Assembly (NCBI GenBank): GCA_000934665.2
Contig: KZ538020.1
Span: 124,001-188,000 of the forward strand
Length of the DNA: 64,000 nucleotides
DNA from: Catajapyx aquilonaris
Lineage: Eukaryota
Reading direction: 5' to 3'
The notes under the pieces were generated by a model. The model did not search any database and was not told the origin of the DNA. It was given only the letters and a program-made list of their open reading frames with translations. The translations under genes were made by a program, and so were the position numbers. This document shows positions 13,901 through 26,819 of the stretch, one piece after another; within the stretch, counting starts at the first letter, position 1; the number at the start of each line of letters is the position of its first letter.

Positions 13901-14916
13901 GTCGTATGTCTCACGAAGCGACTCCTAATTATCCCAAATTCTAGATGGCCGCCTTTGAACGGAAACACACGCCAATGTTCGCCTGCATGACTGACACAAC
14001 CAGGAGATGGAATGGATTCCTACAACGGGTTTCTCACATTTTTTTTATTGCTAGAAATCATCCACTTCCTTCAGTCTTCCCCGCCCTACTTTTCTCTTAT
14101 TAATTCTCCCCGCTCTTGAAACGATGTTGCCGCGATTTATTGCCGCTCGCTTCCACTGCCATTTCCTGTTTCCCCTCATTACTAACGCCGCCGGAAATAA
14201 ATTTGCGTTCGGTTTAGAAAATGGGAGCTTGTAGCCTACGTGTTCCATCTACCCCCTTCTCTTATGTGGGTATCCAAGCACGTAGCTCCATCACCCTAAG
14301 TGTCTTACCACCACCCCATGTTTCTGGGTACTTAAAAATTACCCTGCTTCATACCATATTATCAGGTTATATATGGTGGGTGGCCTACAACCCAGGATGA
14401 ATTGCCAATGAGTACTCCCCAACTCCCGGAAATATTGATTGGTATGGAGAGGAGGGATCACAATAAGGCCTGGACTGAGAAACTGCCCACACCAACTCAC
14501 TTATCAAATTGTGGAGCCGACTCTTCCCGGCGGATTTGGCGCGCTCTAGTCCAGCCGATACATCGATCAAGTCCTGCTGCCCAAAGCTCCAGCAAATATC
14601 TCTCCGCGACTCTCATTCTGCCTCTGTGCCCTCATCCCCCTTCTTCATGTGCCACCATTGCTATATGATTAATTCACTCATGAACTGACACTTCTGGTAC
14701 ACCATGTGAATAAAACTTCAGTTATTGCAGTTTTCAATCAAAAAATATTTTATCCTGCTCACAACTGGACGGTGTTATGCAATAATGAGTCAACCCACTA
14801 AAAAGTCCAGGAACATACACCCAAAGGATTGTACTTCATTCAGTTATCACGCTGGTGAAATCTGCATACTTCTGCTATAAATGACCGGAAAGAACACTGA
14901 ATTTATCTCACAGGTA

Positions 14917-15167
14917 CAGGGGCGGATCCAGGATTTTTTCTGGGGGGGGGGGGGGGGNGGGCCCGCCGCAGGCGAAAAATTCTTCCAATTCAAGGTCACA
15001 ACCCTTCCTCGCGACCCCAAATTTGGGGTCGCAACCGCAAAACGGAAAAGAACCCATAGAACAGCGCAATTTTGCACTGTTCTAGAGGGTTTTTGCGAGT
15101 TTTCCCCCTCTGTGGGAGCTCTGGGGGGGGGAGGGGCACGTGCCCCCCCCCCCTAAATCCACCACAG
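14917..15167. mobile_element. hAT-type MITE
   Basis: CAGGGGCGGATCCAGG...CCTAAATCCACCACAG with perfect 8-bp TSD CACAGGTA (14909-14916, 15168-15175). Confidence 0.85.
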
Positions 15168-16356
15168 CACAGGTATGACCTTCAAATCCCTTTTTCTCAA
15201 AACTGTTATCATGTGGGTTGACTCATTATTGCATAACACCGTCCAACTAATATTCTATCCTGCTTTGGGTCTTTTGGAGAATTCGCCGATCGAAGGTCAA
15301 TGCTTATCCTGACACTTCGACAACCCGTACGACTCATATTCCTCACCAATTGCCGCCCACTAAGGGGCAACTTACATTTTAACTTAATTTGATTTCGGCT
15401 TCCCAAGAAATTCTGCAAACTATGGTCATATTCCAGGCAAGTGCGCGAACGTCAGTCCCCGCGCAATAATAAGAACCATAAATAGGCCTTGGAAAGGCAG
15501 CAGATGGAAGCATGGCTAAGTCTTCCTTAGTTTGCGAAACCAAATATTGAACTGGAAAGGAGGCAAGACGGGCCCCGGGAAGTAAGGAAGGCGTGCTAGG
15601 CCAGGGAACTTGTCCGCTTACTTTTTAGTTTGCCAATGCCTGCAGTTGACGCTCCTTTCCAACTTGTCTTATTCGCTTGTCCCTTTCTCCAGCACCGAAA
15701 AGGGGATTCGTTCGCCTGCCAACCCTACCCGTCACATAGTAAGCCCTCCTTCACCTCCACGGACACTTGGACCTTCGCATGCCTCCTTAATTCCCAAGCC
15801 CATCTTAGTCAGCCCTCACAGAAAATCCACGCATTATTACAACTGGGCCTAAATATCAGTTGCATGTCCCAAAGTCTTCACCACATCTTCCTTGGGTGTC
15901 AAATTTTCAGTTTTTTTTTCTTCACCTTTAATTGTGGACTAACGAGGTTTTATCCCCACCTCCCCTACCATTTTTCGTTCACTAACCGGAACGCATGTCC
16001 GCGGCGACTCTCCAAACATTCCTCCTTCCAACTGGAAGGACAAAGGGACCGCCGGAGATTGTTGGAAGATCCCGTACCAATTGGGCCAGGGTGGGGTGGC
16101 TGCCTCCCAACTCAATTTCATGCACATTTTACACTTTGGTTGCGGCCACTCATGCAAATCCTTCTCGACCCTCCCTCGCCCTCCTGCCTCCCTCCGATGG
16201 GGAGGAAAAAGAAAGAGAGAGAACGTTCTGTTTTCTTTCCGGCGGCTTACCCAGCCTTCCCTCCGTGGTGAATAGTTTTAGACAGATTTAGGAACGTAAC
16301 GTATTGCTGACATCTACACACCCCTATAACAGGGTTACAATTCGTCCCACCTGAAT

Positions 16357-16395
16357 TGTTGACCAACCATGTGGATTCCACATGGTTGGTCAACA
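16357..16395. repeat. Perfect inverted repeat, 19-bp arms, 1-nt spacer
   Basis: TGTTGACCAACCATGTGGA-T-TCCACATGGTTGGTCAACA. Confidence 0.95.
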
Positions 16396-17507
16396 TTCAC
16401 AGCCAACATTGTGGATATTTGAATTTTTAGAACATTCTGTGCTTATATCAATAATATCAGGAATATAATGCCTATGATATGTATTGTCATATTCTGCAGC
16501 ATATAAAAGTTGAGAAGTGCTTTACACCTACTCCGTTGTGCCAGCTCGCTAGAGCAGATCGAAACACGATGGGAGAAAAAAGGTGTATATACGAACACTT
16601 GGGTCACCATAGGTCTAGTGCTCGATCATCGTATCGGGTGGGAATTGAATCGATGGATTTTACGCCACGGTTGCGTGACTTCAAATAGGATAACTCCTTC
16701 CGCATGCAAAAATCAACCAACTCTGTAGTGAAAGGTTGCATGAAAAAGTTACGAACTACAAGCCAGTCAAGGTCCCAGGAATCAACATTAGCTTACTCCG
16801 ATGCACATTCACGCATTAATATTTCATATCACAGCCCAGTACGTTCATATTATAAATTACAGTGAAACCAATATAGCGCTATTTTTTTCCAAGAATATGA
16901 TTTGCTTTATTCTTTTATACTGCATATGGAGGTGCACTGTCCTATAGTCTTCACTCCAGAGGGGAGTAGGTAAGAAGTTGGTTTTGAAGAGCTTCCAACT
17001 CTGTCAACTTGTTGCTGTAGTACGACCCTCACATACCATAGTTCAGCCACTCTTCAAGCAATAAGTGTGACACCAATAACCTATTGACAACGTCAACGTG
17101 AAATAATAAATCCACCAGGTGCTATCCTCGCCTCATTACACTGAACTCATCCATTACACCCTCAAACTTGTTAAAACACCTTGCAATTTAAATCACCTGC
17201 AAAGCCTGCACTTAACAACTTATTCTTAGTTCCAAACATATTCAGTGTCCCCTTTTCCCTAGGCTCCCTCCGGGTTGTTCCTCCTCCCCTTGGCTGGCAG
17301 AGTGGATGTGGACCTACCCTTCTCCTTGCTCCCTCCCAATTCAATCCATCCTGCAGTCGACCTGTACAATCTGTACGCTGGGGATTAATGCAGTGCCGAG
17401 GCTCAATCACCAATAAGGGGAGCAGATCGATCGCGTACTTTTTAATATGCGGAGAGAAGCAAGGGTTCATGTCCCTCCTGGATCAATGAAGGGAGAAGAG
17501 AGGACTG

Positions 17508-17528
17508 GAGAGAGAGAGAGAGAGAGAG
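17508..17528. repeat. (GA)n microsatellite
   Basis: Direct reading. Confidence 0.9.
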
Positions 17529-17950
17529 GTGGGGGTAGAAGAGCGGGAAGGTAGTGGGGAATTTGGGCCCTGCTTCATCAGGTCGCTTTCTACGCCCCTT
17601 ACACTATTCATCAACATGAGCTAAATCATGGGACTAGTCAACCCTCCAACGCCCAACCCACACCCTTGACTTTTTTTTCTCGCAGGGAATGCAGCACCTT
17701 GTCTGCCAACACTGTTGGATCAGGCTCTAACAAATGTTCACTATGGAGGTTTAAACTGCTCTATCGAAGAACCCGCCAAGTTCAAAGGAGACGGAGCGGG
17801 CGCGCTGCACTTTCTATAGCCCCCTGGTTTCCGTTACGCTTCAGATTTTTTCTCCTTTAAGTGACATGATTCCGAGAAATCCTCGTAGATTCAATATGGA
17901 ACCTTCTAAATACTCAATCTGTAGCTCATTTTTAAATACGTCTTCTTCTT

Positions 17951-18093
17951 CAGTATTCTCCTTCGGTATTCTTATCCAGTATTCTCCTTCAGTATTCTCC
18001 TTCGGTATTCTTCTTCAGTATTCTTATCCAGTATTCTCCTTCAGTATTCTTATCCAGTATTCTCCTTCAGTATTCTCCTTCGGTATTCTCCTT
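17951..18093. repeat. Minisatellite, 11 x 13-bp unit C(A/G)GTATTCT(CCTT/TATC)
   Basis: Units read out directly; variants are interspersed. Confidence 0.95.
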
Positions 18094-19611
18094 CGGTGTG
18101 TGGCTCAAGTGAGCACTACACGTGCCATCCACATATCAGGCAAACTATGCGGTCTTTTGACACTTCTTAGCCCCCCACTACCCTCCTAAATTACGTAATA
18201 CTGACCTTTTCCTACATTCTCATGCCCGCGAAAAAAAATCAGTTTTAATTTAGTCCGCGTCGGCTCGCCATAAAAAGCGCAACCTGTCGCCGCAGTACGC
18301 GACAACGCAGAGCGGGGGGGGGGGNNNNNNNNNNNCGGGCGTGGGTACAGTAATTATTTTGAAGAAATATTTGCCTCCAAGGTCATGAGAGAAATACAAC
18401 TTGCGGTGCGTTGGGCTACACCGGTGCTATGTAACGCAAACCTAACCACCTCCCCCACACATTATTACGCCATGATGAGACGACTCTCCTTCCGACGAGT
18501 TGTGGGCAATTTATGAACTTAGCCTCGTGATACTGTGATGATGCTCCTGAAGCTGTGATCTTTATGCGTTATCGAAATGTGGGGAAACATTTCATGTGGC
18601 GTCTAATTTCCATTGTTTATATTTGACCTAATATGCACGGGTAGAACCCTACAATTGAGGTTAGTTCTTGGTGCATGCAAGGAAGGAGCTCCTAATAATT
18701 GATAAAACCAGAGAGCGTGACAATGTGGTAAAAACGTACTGTATATTACAGTACATAGAATTTGCCAGAAAGATAAGCCAAGCGAGGGTATAAATTCTGT
18801 CACTGCTATTGCTTTGACAAGACGTACTGACGGTACTGTACAGTACACTATCATCCAGGTTACCTCCATATTAATTATAATTTTACTTCTATCAAATCTC
18901 GCTTCAGAGTGGCATAGATAATAATCACCCTCTTTCGGCAAGATTACTTGGGTATTTACTTCACAAAAGGAGACGGAAAGGCCAAGCATGTTCTTGTACG
19001 TGACATTGAAACAGTGACTGAGATATAACACTTGATTGAAAAATAATGTAATTAAGCGTAGGATTTATTTAACCACTGTACATCCACGGTACTTTTGAGT
19101 AATTTGTACATAGACTATACTTTCTGACCTAATGTCAAGAGGTAAAATATGCAATATGATTTTTCAAGAAGGCATAGCCTACTGCATATGTAACCTATCT
19201 CGCATGCTGCACTGTATATCTGAAGGGTCGACCAGTAATATAAAATTCCAGGCTCCATTTTATGCAGAACACTAACAATGTACAGTACTACTATACGTCA
19301 TACACGTAGGTACCGCACTTTTGTTTTTCTTTGATTCAATTACATAATAAATTATTGATTGAGAAAATCAAGGCCATCCAGTGAAAAGTTCCTGAACTAA
19401 CTACAAAATATAGAACAAAAATGTACCACTTAACATGATTGTATTGTCCACATTTAAGTACGATTGAATGCTTGACATATTACTAGCATTTTTAACATGC
19501 TCAAAGACACCCCCATGTAATCATGTAGAATGGACATTGAAAGTATTTTTTTTGGTGCCACATATCATCTGTAAATATTCCGGCCATAATAAAATGCAGT
19601 ATGAAAATAAG

Positions 19612-19642
<31 letters not shown>

Positions 19643-19643
19643 A
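19612..19643. repeat. (TAAA)8 microsatellite
   Basis: Direct reading. Confidence 0.95.
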
Positions 19644-22600
19644 TATTCAGGCCACATTTTCATTTTGTTGATTGTTGACAGCTAAAGTACACGTAAGTTC
19701 CACATGACTGCAAAACAGCATGCATTCATAGCTTAATATGTCACTAAATACGAAGTCGTCAATTTTTATGTGAAAATAATATGTTGCAAATTTGTGTTCA
19801 GGTCCAATAAAACGAAGACTAGTTTTTCAAAATTGCTTTGTGTGAGATCCCCAAAATCAAAATTCTCTATAGCAAATGTTGACGCGACATAAAATTATGC
19901 AACAGCAAATGACTATTAGTTTTGTTATGCATAGATTTATTTGGAACAATTCATAATCCAACAAGAAAGTTTCACAACAAGACAAATTTGCTGACTGCAT
20001 TGTAAGGTTACATAATTAAATTGACTCCTTAAAATGTATGACATGTCTTGGCACTCAATTCAAATTGGTCACGCAATGAGTTCAGCATCTACAGTAATCT
20101 CGCCACACATAATGCACTATTTGATTAAAGCAAAAAATATACAGTATTCGTAGCAATAATGCAACATTGTGTATTTTTCTAAAAATCATCTACTTTCATC
20201 CTATGGCTTAGTATCATTCTTATGCAAAGGTAGAAGATAAAAGATGCTTTACACCCTGTATAATATTTTAATATCATCTGTTCATGTTTCATCTCAACCG
20301 TGGCCTCAAAAAATTACATCTCATTTACAGTTACCACACTACAGTAAACAACTACACACAATTACCCTGTTCCCTAAAGGTCTCTCCAACCTTAATGTTA
20401 TGGGAGATGTAAAGACGAGTTATTAAAAATTAATACTGCTTAAGTAAAATGTGGAAGTCCTTTGACATATTTGGAAAACCTGCCTCCTCAAAAAGCAGCC
20501 AAGACCTTGTTTCCCAACCTGGCAAAATGTCGGCTCCAGACTCTAGAAAAACACTCTTGGCTGGGCTATACGCCAATCCATAATTACACTGTCTGGCTTT
20601 GCACACACTGCAATAAGGTTAGGATTACTAAAAGGGAACTGTTCTTCTCTTGTCCCACCCAAAAGCTACTGTGCCACAAGGCCCTAAAAAAGACATGGCT
20701 CCTCATTGAGTGTATTATGTTGAAGAGAGTGGAGGGCAGCAATATATAACAGGGTGGATGCATGTCTCACATGCAGCAGGGTACTGGTCTTTTGTAACCT
20801 TACTCTTTGGAAACTGCTTCAGAACCTTGCAATAGACACCCTCGTTGACTCTCTCTCCCCCTTCACTTTTACCTGGCATATGACTGCCACTGCTCTTACA
20901 AGCTGAGTAAGGGTTGGCCCCTTTTCAAAGAGGCAGTGTCCACCCCAGTTAATGATTACCTGCGGTGTCCACAGTGAATGTGCCGAGGCAGCATAGAGCA
21001 TGACACGCAACAGAATGTCGGGTTGCCCAGAAAAGACTTGAAGAGGAATGGACCGTACATGCCAACAAAATGGAGCACTAATACCATTCGTTTCTCGTAT
21101 AAAGCAAATGTGTAACCTGGCCATTTAAACATAATATACTCGTAACAACCCTAGTAGTTAGTGGTCTGTAATGTAGAATTCCAGCAGTTTGCACCCCAAC
21201 TATTTTGGTGGATTACCAAAAAAGCCTGTAAATGTGTCATTCCGCTTGCATTCAAAAGGCTTTTATGCTGCAGATTTAATTACAGCTTAATTAGCGATAA
21301 TTGCCATTCTTTTATGCTTCGCCGAAAATATAGCCAATGGTTGGCATACATCACAAGTCCTCTGAATTTGATTCCCTCTCCCTTATGGTCACACAGGATT
21401 AATTCAATACCAGCCCAATCATTTAATATTCGCTGTGTTCCTTTCAACACCACAATGTTTTTGCCATTTACCTGGTGAATCACTAAAGCTTCATTGCTTT
21501 TGGTCACTGATTTATGCAACACAATAACAACAGTTGACTGCTACACAGGACACATACTAGACACTTGCTGGACCATGTGAACAATCTGCAACATGCGCAT
21601 ATCAACATAAACACACACTCTGTAAGACTACAAACAATGCTCCTTACAGTAAATGCATGTAACTTAAATTAGGCTTTTATGCTGCATGCAGGGAAGGCAA
21701 AACAAAATAAAAAACACTAACAATAAGTCCGCTTCCACCATTATTATTTACACATAAATGGTACATTTTGAGTCAATTTCATTCAGTAGTATCCTACGTT
21801 TGTCAAGTGGTATCTTCAATTGGGTTCAGGAGAAGGATCCTACAAAATAAGGTGGAAATATAAAAATTATAATAAAATCAAAGTGTTACACAATAGTACA
21901 CCATAATATGAAAAATAAATAATAAACAAAGTAAAAATATAATTAGTAATAAACAAAACAAAATTCATCGTTTGGTCTAGTACTGTACTGTGAAGATGTC
22001 TGAGTAAGAAAAAGTCAATGGTCTGAACAGCAAAAATAGTGTCGAGCAGCAGGAGTTATACAAGTTGTTCAACAACAATGGCCAACGATGACTCATTCCT
22101 ACTTTAGTAATGAATACTAAGGTGAATATTTAGATAGTGACAGATAGTAACAAACTGATTTTAATGGAAAAGCCCTAATTATCAAGCAACTGACAACAAG
22201 CATCCAATAATGAAATCATAACAACACCTAAATTTGAGTTCATCTTTTAACTTATGAACTGCCCCATCATTCATTTCTATAATTATTGCTGATTATTGAT
22301 TTTTGTAATATGACCTGACACCTTGGTTATTTTACACAAGTGTCGGTATCTCCAGGCACATGTCACTACAACTGACACACTTGCTACTGGACATTGCAAT
22401 GTGGTGTCACAACTGCGTGAACATAACGGTGCATAAAATATATAACGGACCACTCTCATTATTTTGACTCTTCTTCACATACACACACCTCCATTGTTTA
22501 ATATCATGCTTCAGTATGTAAATAAATAATCTGCAGCATGCACTGTGTATTCCACCTGTAACCTGTCATATAAAATACTGTCGCCCTTGTGGATACTGGT

Positions 22601-23004
22601 CGAAGTGTGAATTTCTGTCCTATTCCCCCCCCCCCCCNNNCCCCTCCCCCCCCATCTCCCTGGTCATGTGCATTGTGCCCGATGGATGATGCCGCAAGGA
22701 AACTAAAAACTTTTTGCGGGAGGCAACAAGACCCAAGAAGCAACGCTGGTTGCGGGGCCTGAGAATACCAATGGCAGTGGTGGGAGGAGGAGAAGGGATA
22801 GTGGCAAGGGGGGTGAGGGAGAGGGGGAAAAAAGGAACCCAAGTGGGATGATCGCGGCGAGTACGAAAACGGGGGTCCCCGTGCACCGGTTCAAGCGGTG
22901 CTGGGTCCGGCTGGGGGCAGCTCCGGAGTCCCAACCCGTGTCCCGCCCCAGGCCCGGACCCTCCCGCGTCCCCCTGACCCCCGTGGCGTCCCCCCCGGCC
23001 TCAC

Positions 23005-23271
23005 CTGCCAGCCTGAGAGTCCCACGCGCCTCCACTGCCGCACCGCCGCCCACACCGCACCGGACGCCATCTTGGATACACACCAGCCAAGGTTGCCAGA
23101 TGCGGGGCGGGAGCAGGCAGCTCTGTTCGGGGGAGAGACACCAGCTGTGAAAGGGACTCATTCGGTTCGAACTTGCCGCCAGGACACACCAACTCCTGCT
23201 GCCTGATCAATCACTCATTATGTGCTCACAAAAGGCTCACACCCGCTCACAACGCAGTGTGGCAACACCGC
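23005..23271 (-). other. Putative exon of a divergent minus-strand transcript (lncRNA or small-ORF gene)
   Basis: Acceptor (ATT)n-GGTGTTTGCAG|G at 23271 and donor CAG|GTGAGG at 23005/23004 followed by many G-runs. GC-rich island in AT-rich, CpG-poor surroundings. CAAGATGGCG start context at 23070. Confidence 0.4.
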
Positions 23272-23282
23272 CTGCAAACACC

Positions 23283-23336
<54 letters not shown>
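23283..23336. repeat. (AAT)18 microsatellite abutting the putative minus-strand splice acceptor
   Basis: Direct reading. Confidence 0.97.
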
Positions 23337-23337
<1 letters not shown>

Positions 23338-24215
23338 GCTAATAATGATGATAATAATAGATATGAGACTCCGAGAAAATAGTTGCCTCGTGGCTGAATA
23401 GGACTGCAGAAGTGAGGGGGTATTGTAGTGCTACTAGGCTAGTAGGGGATGATGCGCAATTGCCTACAGATATGTGAAGCAGCAGCCTTCAGCAGTCGGC
23501 ATAGCGAGTCCACTGCAATGTCTCAATCGAACGAGATCAATAGACAGATCGCCGACATTCCCCTTTCTCGCTACTGCATCCAAGGCTGCTGTCAAAAGCC
23601 CACTTGGCAGGGATCCAAAAACCTCCTTTTTGTGTGTCTGTGTGTGCATCATGCTGCAGTTTTTTTTTACCAGCCACGCAGAACTGTATTAACTTACTTG
23701 ACTGATTTGGTCATCATATATGGCAATAAACTGGTTGCTGCCTCGCTTCTCGTAGTTTACTTTTATATTACAAGTAATAGAGAGTGATTGGAAATATGAC
23801 TGAATACGCGATTCAACAAGCGGAGGAAGTCTGTCTCTATACACTAGTTATATTACGCTGAGACTGTCTTTCGGGAGGTTCTGGATTCAAGTCCCGGTGC
23901 TGAACACCATTACCTGGATTTTATGGGGTCCCTGGTTCTTCCAGGTCAATTTTGATACCTTTTTTTTACAGGTGATTTTCCTCCATCCGGAATTCCGGTC
24001 AAATGTACGACGGACTTCCGAAATGACTTGACCATCCTTGTACACATTCTCAAAACTGAATGTTAAAGCCTAAGAACGTGACAAAGTCGATAAAACGCCT
24101 CCCGTAAAAGATATTGATTCCCGTAATGTAACAGGTGACAGATTTAAAAAGTACCTACAAATAAATGATTGTGATAAATAAATAATTTATCTGTATGATG
24201 GAGTGCCATATGATA

Positions 24216-24565
24216 TAGTCGGCCTCCGGTTATCCGAGGTTTGAAACTAATAAATCAATGTTAATAAAAATATCTAATTTTACAATCCAACATTTATAAT
24301 GAGTATTATATACTGTATATATACTGTATATATACTGTATATATACTGTATTATAGTACTGTATTCTTATCTGTTATGTATCCCTTTTGATTGTTAATAT
24401 ATTGTTTCTGTTGACGTCAGAATGTGTTTAATTAGTAGGCCTACAATAAACTAATCATTGATAGGCCTACGTATGTGTATGTTAAAAAACGTATATTATT
24501 CGCCAGTTTCACTTATCCGCGAGGCGGGTTGGAACCGATTTCCGCGGATAACAGGGAGACGACTG
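24216..24565. mobile_element. pogo/Tigger-like MITE (degenerate) containing an 11-bp (TACTGTATATA) tandem repeat
   Basis: TA|TAGTCGGCCTCCGGTTATCCG ... CGGATAACAGGGAGACGACTG|CA imperfect TIRs. Tandem repeat at ~24311-24350. Confidence 0.7.
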
Positions 24566-25874
24566 CAGCAGCAAGAAATTCAATATTGGTCATATTTTCT
24601 TATTGTAGTATGCATAAGTCTATCTGATATTAAAATTCAGTTAATGGTGGTGCTTTTAACATCTAATGCAAAAAGTGGAAGGGATGATTGCGGTTAGTTT
24701 TGTTTTAGTTGTTAAAGAGGTGGCTATTTTTTCTCTCTTGCATGTTTCACATATCACCTTAGCTCTCATATCACCCCGTCACGCAGTAAAACCAGGCCAA
24801 TTACAGTGCAATAAATGAGAAAAATATACATAGTACCGTACAACAAAAATATCAGCTGAAGTTATATACCGTAATATGATATATTTAAAGGCTACGTTTC
24901 CTCTGGTATTACTCTTCTGTGATTTTTAAGGTAAAAAATAGAAGCTTGTGTGTAGCGGAATCTCTCCGTTATGGGAATAATTTCCGTTATAGAGAAGTTC
25001 ATGATATATATTAGACAACAATAAACTAGACAAAAGACTATATATAAGGCACATTAACATGTCTCCAAATAATATTTTAAACACCGAATTTGTCGGAGTC
25101 ACTGCCTACTTTCCGCCAGTCACGGCAATTTTTTTTCATCCAAGCGCTGCTGATGTCCATTTTTTGTCTCCATCTCGGATCTGCGAAATCTTCAAACGGC
25201 TTTCAATGCAGCATTAATAATTCCAAGATTAATTCTGGTATGCACAGGATTTTCCTTACTGTCTGTCCGAAAAATGATGTCCACTTCCGCGTTGGACAGG
25301 TTCCGCCGGGTTCCGCTGTAGTGGACAAAATGGATGTGAATTTCTATATCTTTGCCGGGACGGGCGGGACCTCAAATATTTTCCGCTGCAGTAATGCATT
25401 TTCCGCTACATCCATGGTCCGCTGTATAGACCGATTTTATATACTATATTAATTACCAACCAACGTGAATATACGGTAGAGACGTGGACTGGTAGAATAC
25501 TGTAACTCTATACCATTACGGAGCTGTATAGACTTCTCTGGAGTGCGGTAGGTCTATTTATTCCTATAGGTCTAATACATAGTAAGCCTAAAAGTTTGAT
25601 AGGCTACGCATCTCTAATCGGCGAGTCTCTAGGTCTAAGTCGTGGCAAAAACTCTCCATATTTGTCAATTTTCAACACCTAAGATAATTATACCTCTTTT
25701 GTGCTATGTGTAAGTATAGTAGGCGTAGCCGTGTAGAAGTAACAAATATGCAGTATTTCATGTACACGAAGAAAACCTGAATAGGGAAATCGAAATAAAT
25801 GTCAACAATAATGATGCAAAAGTACCGGCAGTAGATAATTATGATTGATATCTTATTTAAAATTCTTATTTTAA

Positions 25875-26747
25875 TTCATAATAATCTATGTATTTCTGCA
25901 CTGCAGTCATAAATCTCATAAAGGAAGAAAGTAGCATTTACAAAACTGCGACTCGTTACTGATATTACTGTACGTACACATGATATTCCCGAAACACCAT
26001 GATTAAAATAATAGCGCAAACAATAATAATGTACAGCGCGGCAGAATAGACCTGAAATGTAAGATTAAATTATGTAATTAAATAAATATCACAGCAAACG
26101 TAGAGATGAGCAACTCCGAGTCCGACAAATAACATAATATGGTATTCAGATAATATTCAAGCGGTTCCGCGCAAAGGTGAGTTTAAATCATGCACTTTAA
26201 ATATTTAAACAGCATATTTTAGGAGCCCGCAGAATTAATGATAATAACATAAGCACCGCTGTAATAACCTCTGCCACGAAATGCAGTGCGTTTGTATCGT
26301 ACTAATTTCACTTCATAATATCCCATTGTAGTCATAAATCTCATCAAGGAAGAAGACAGTATTTACATAACTGTGCGCCTAATATTCGCCACTCACTGTT
26401 GGTAGGCTACTAGGCTACGTCTACGTACCTATGTCAAACCGGCAAAAGGGCTCTAGTATCAACAGTGGTAGCAGAATATCTTCACGCAGGACCTAAAAAT
26501 AATAATAGCGCAAGCAATATGCAAAGCACGGCAGAACAGATTCCACATAAAATTAAATACGGTAAAATTAAATAAATATCACAGCAACTCCGAGTCCGAC
26601 CAAGATCCACCAGCATAATATTCTATGATATTCAGATAACATTCATACGATTCAGTCCTCCGACGTGTTTAAACCATTCATTCATTTTAATATAAACCGC
26701 ATATATCGGAAGTCCCGCAGAATACCACATCTGCCACGAAATACAGT
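25875..26747 (+). repeat. Diverged tandem duplication (~25875-26287 and ~26312-26747)
   Basis: Collinear shared blocks: AGTCATAAATCTCAT, AATAATAGCGCAA, AATTAAATAAATATCACAGCAA, GCAACTCCGAGTCCGAC, TATTCAGATAA, CCCGCAGAAT, TCTGCCACGAAAT. Confidence 0.9.
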
Positions 26748-26819
26748 ACTTTCGCTCTAGGGTTACGAGCACGGGGGAAAAATACAGGGTAAATACTTTT
26801 CGTAGCTGTCAACCTTGCC

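Noticed and set aside
14828..14850. ATTGTACTTCAT matches the start of miR-305
   Set aside because: Only 12 nt match and there is no precursor hairpin.
17951..18093. Repeat array as CRISPR
   Set aside because: No spacers, no cas genes, eukaryotic context.
18314..18335. N runs next to poly-G/C (also 14958, 22638-22640, 29144)
   Set aside because: Sequencing or assembly uncertainty at homopolymers, not biology.
20612..20630. CCTAACCT (minus strand) as a telomerase RNA template for TTAGG
   Set aside because: An 8-mer expected by chance; similar matches occur elsewhere and there is no supporting structure.
23520..23570. GGCGATCTG...ATTGATC similarity to the 7SK RNA 5' stem (minus strand)
   Set aside because: Match too short, spacing differs, and no Pol III promoter or 3' stem with terminator was identified.
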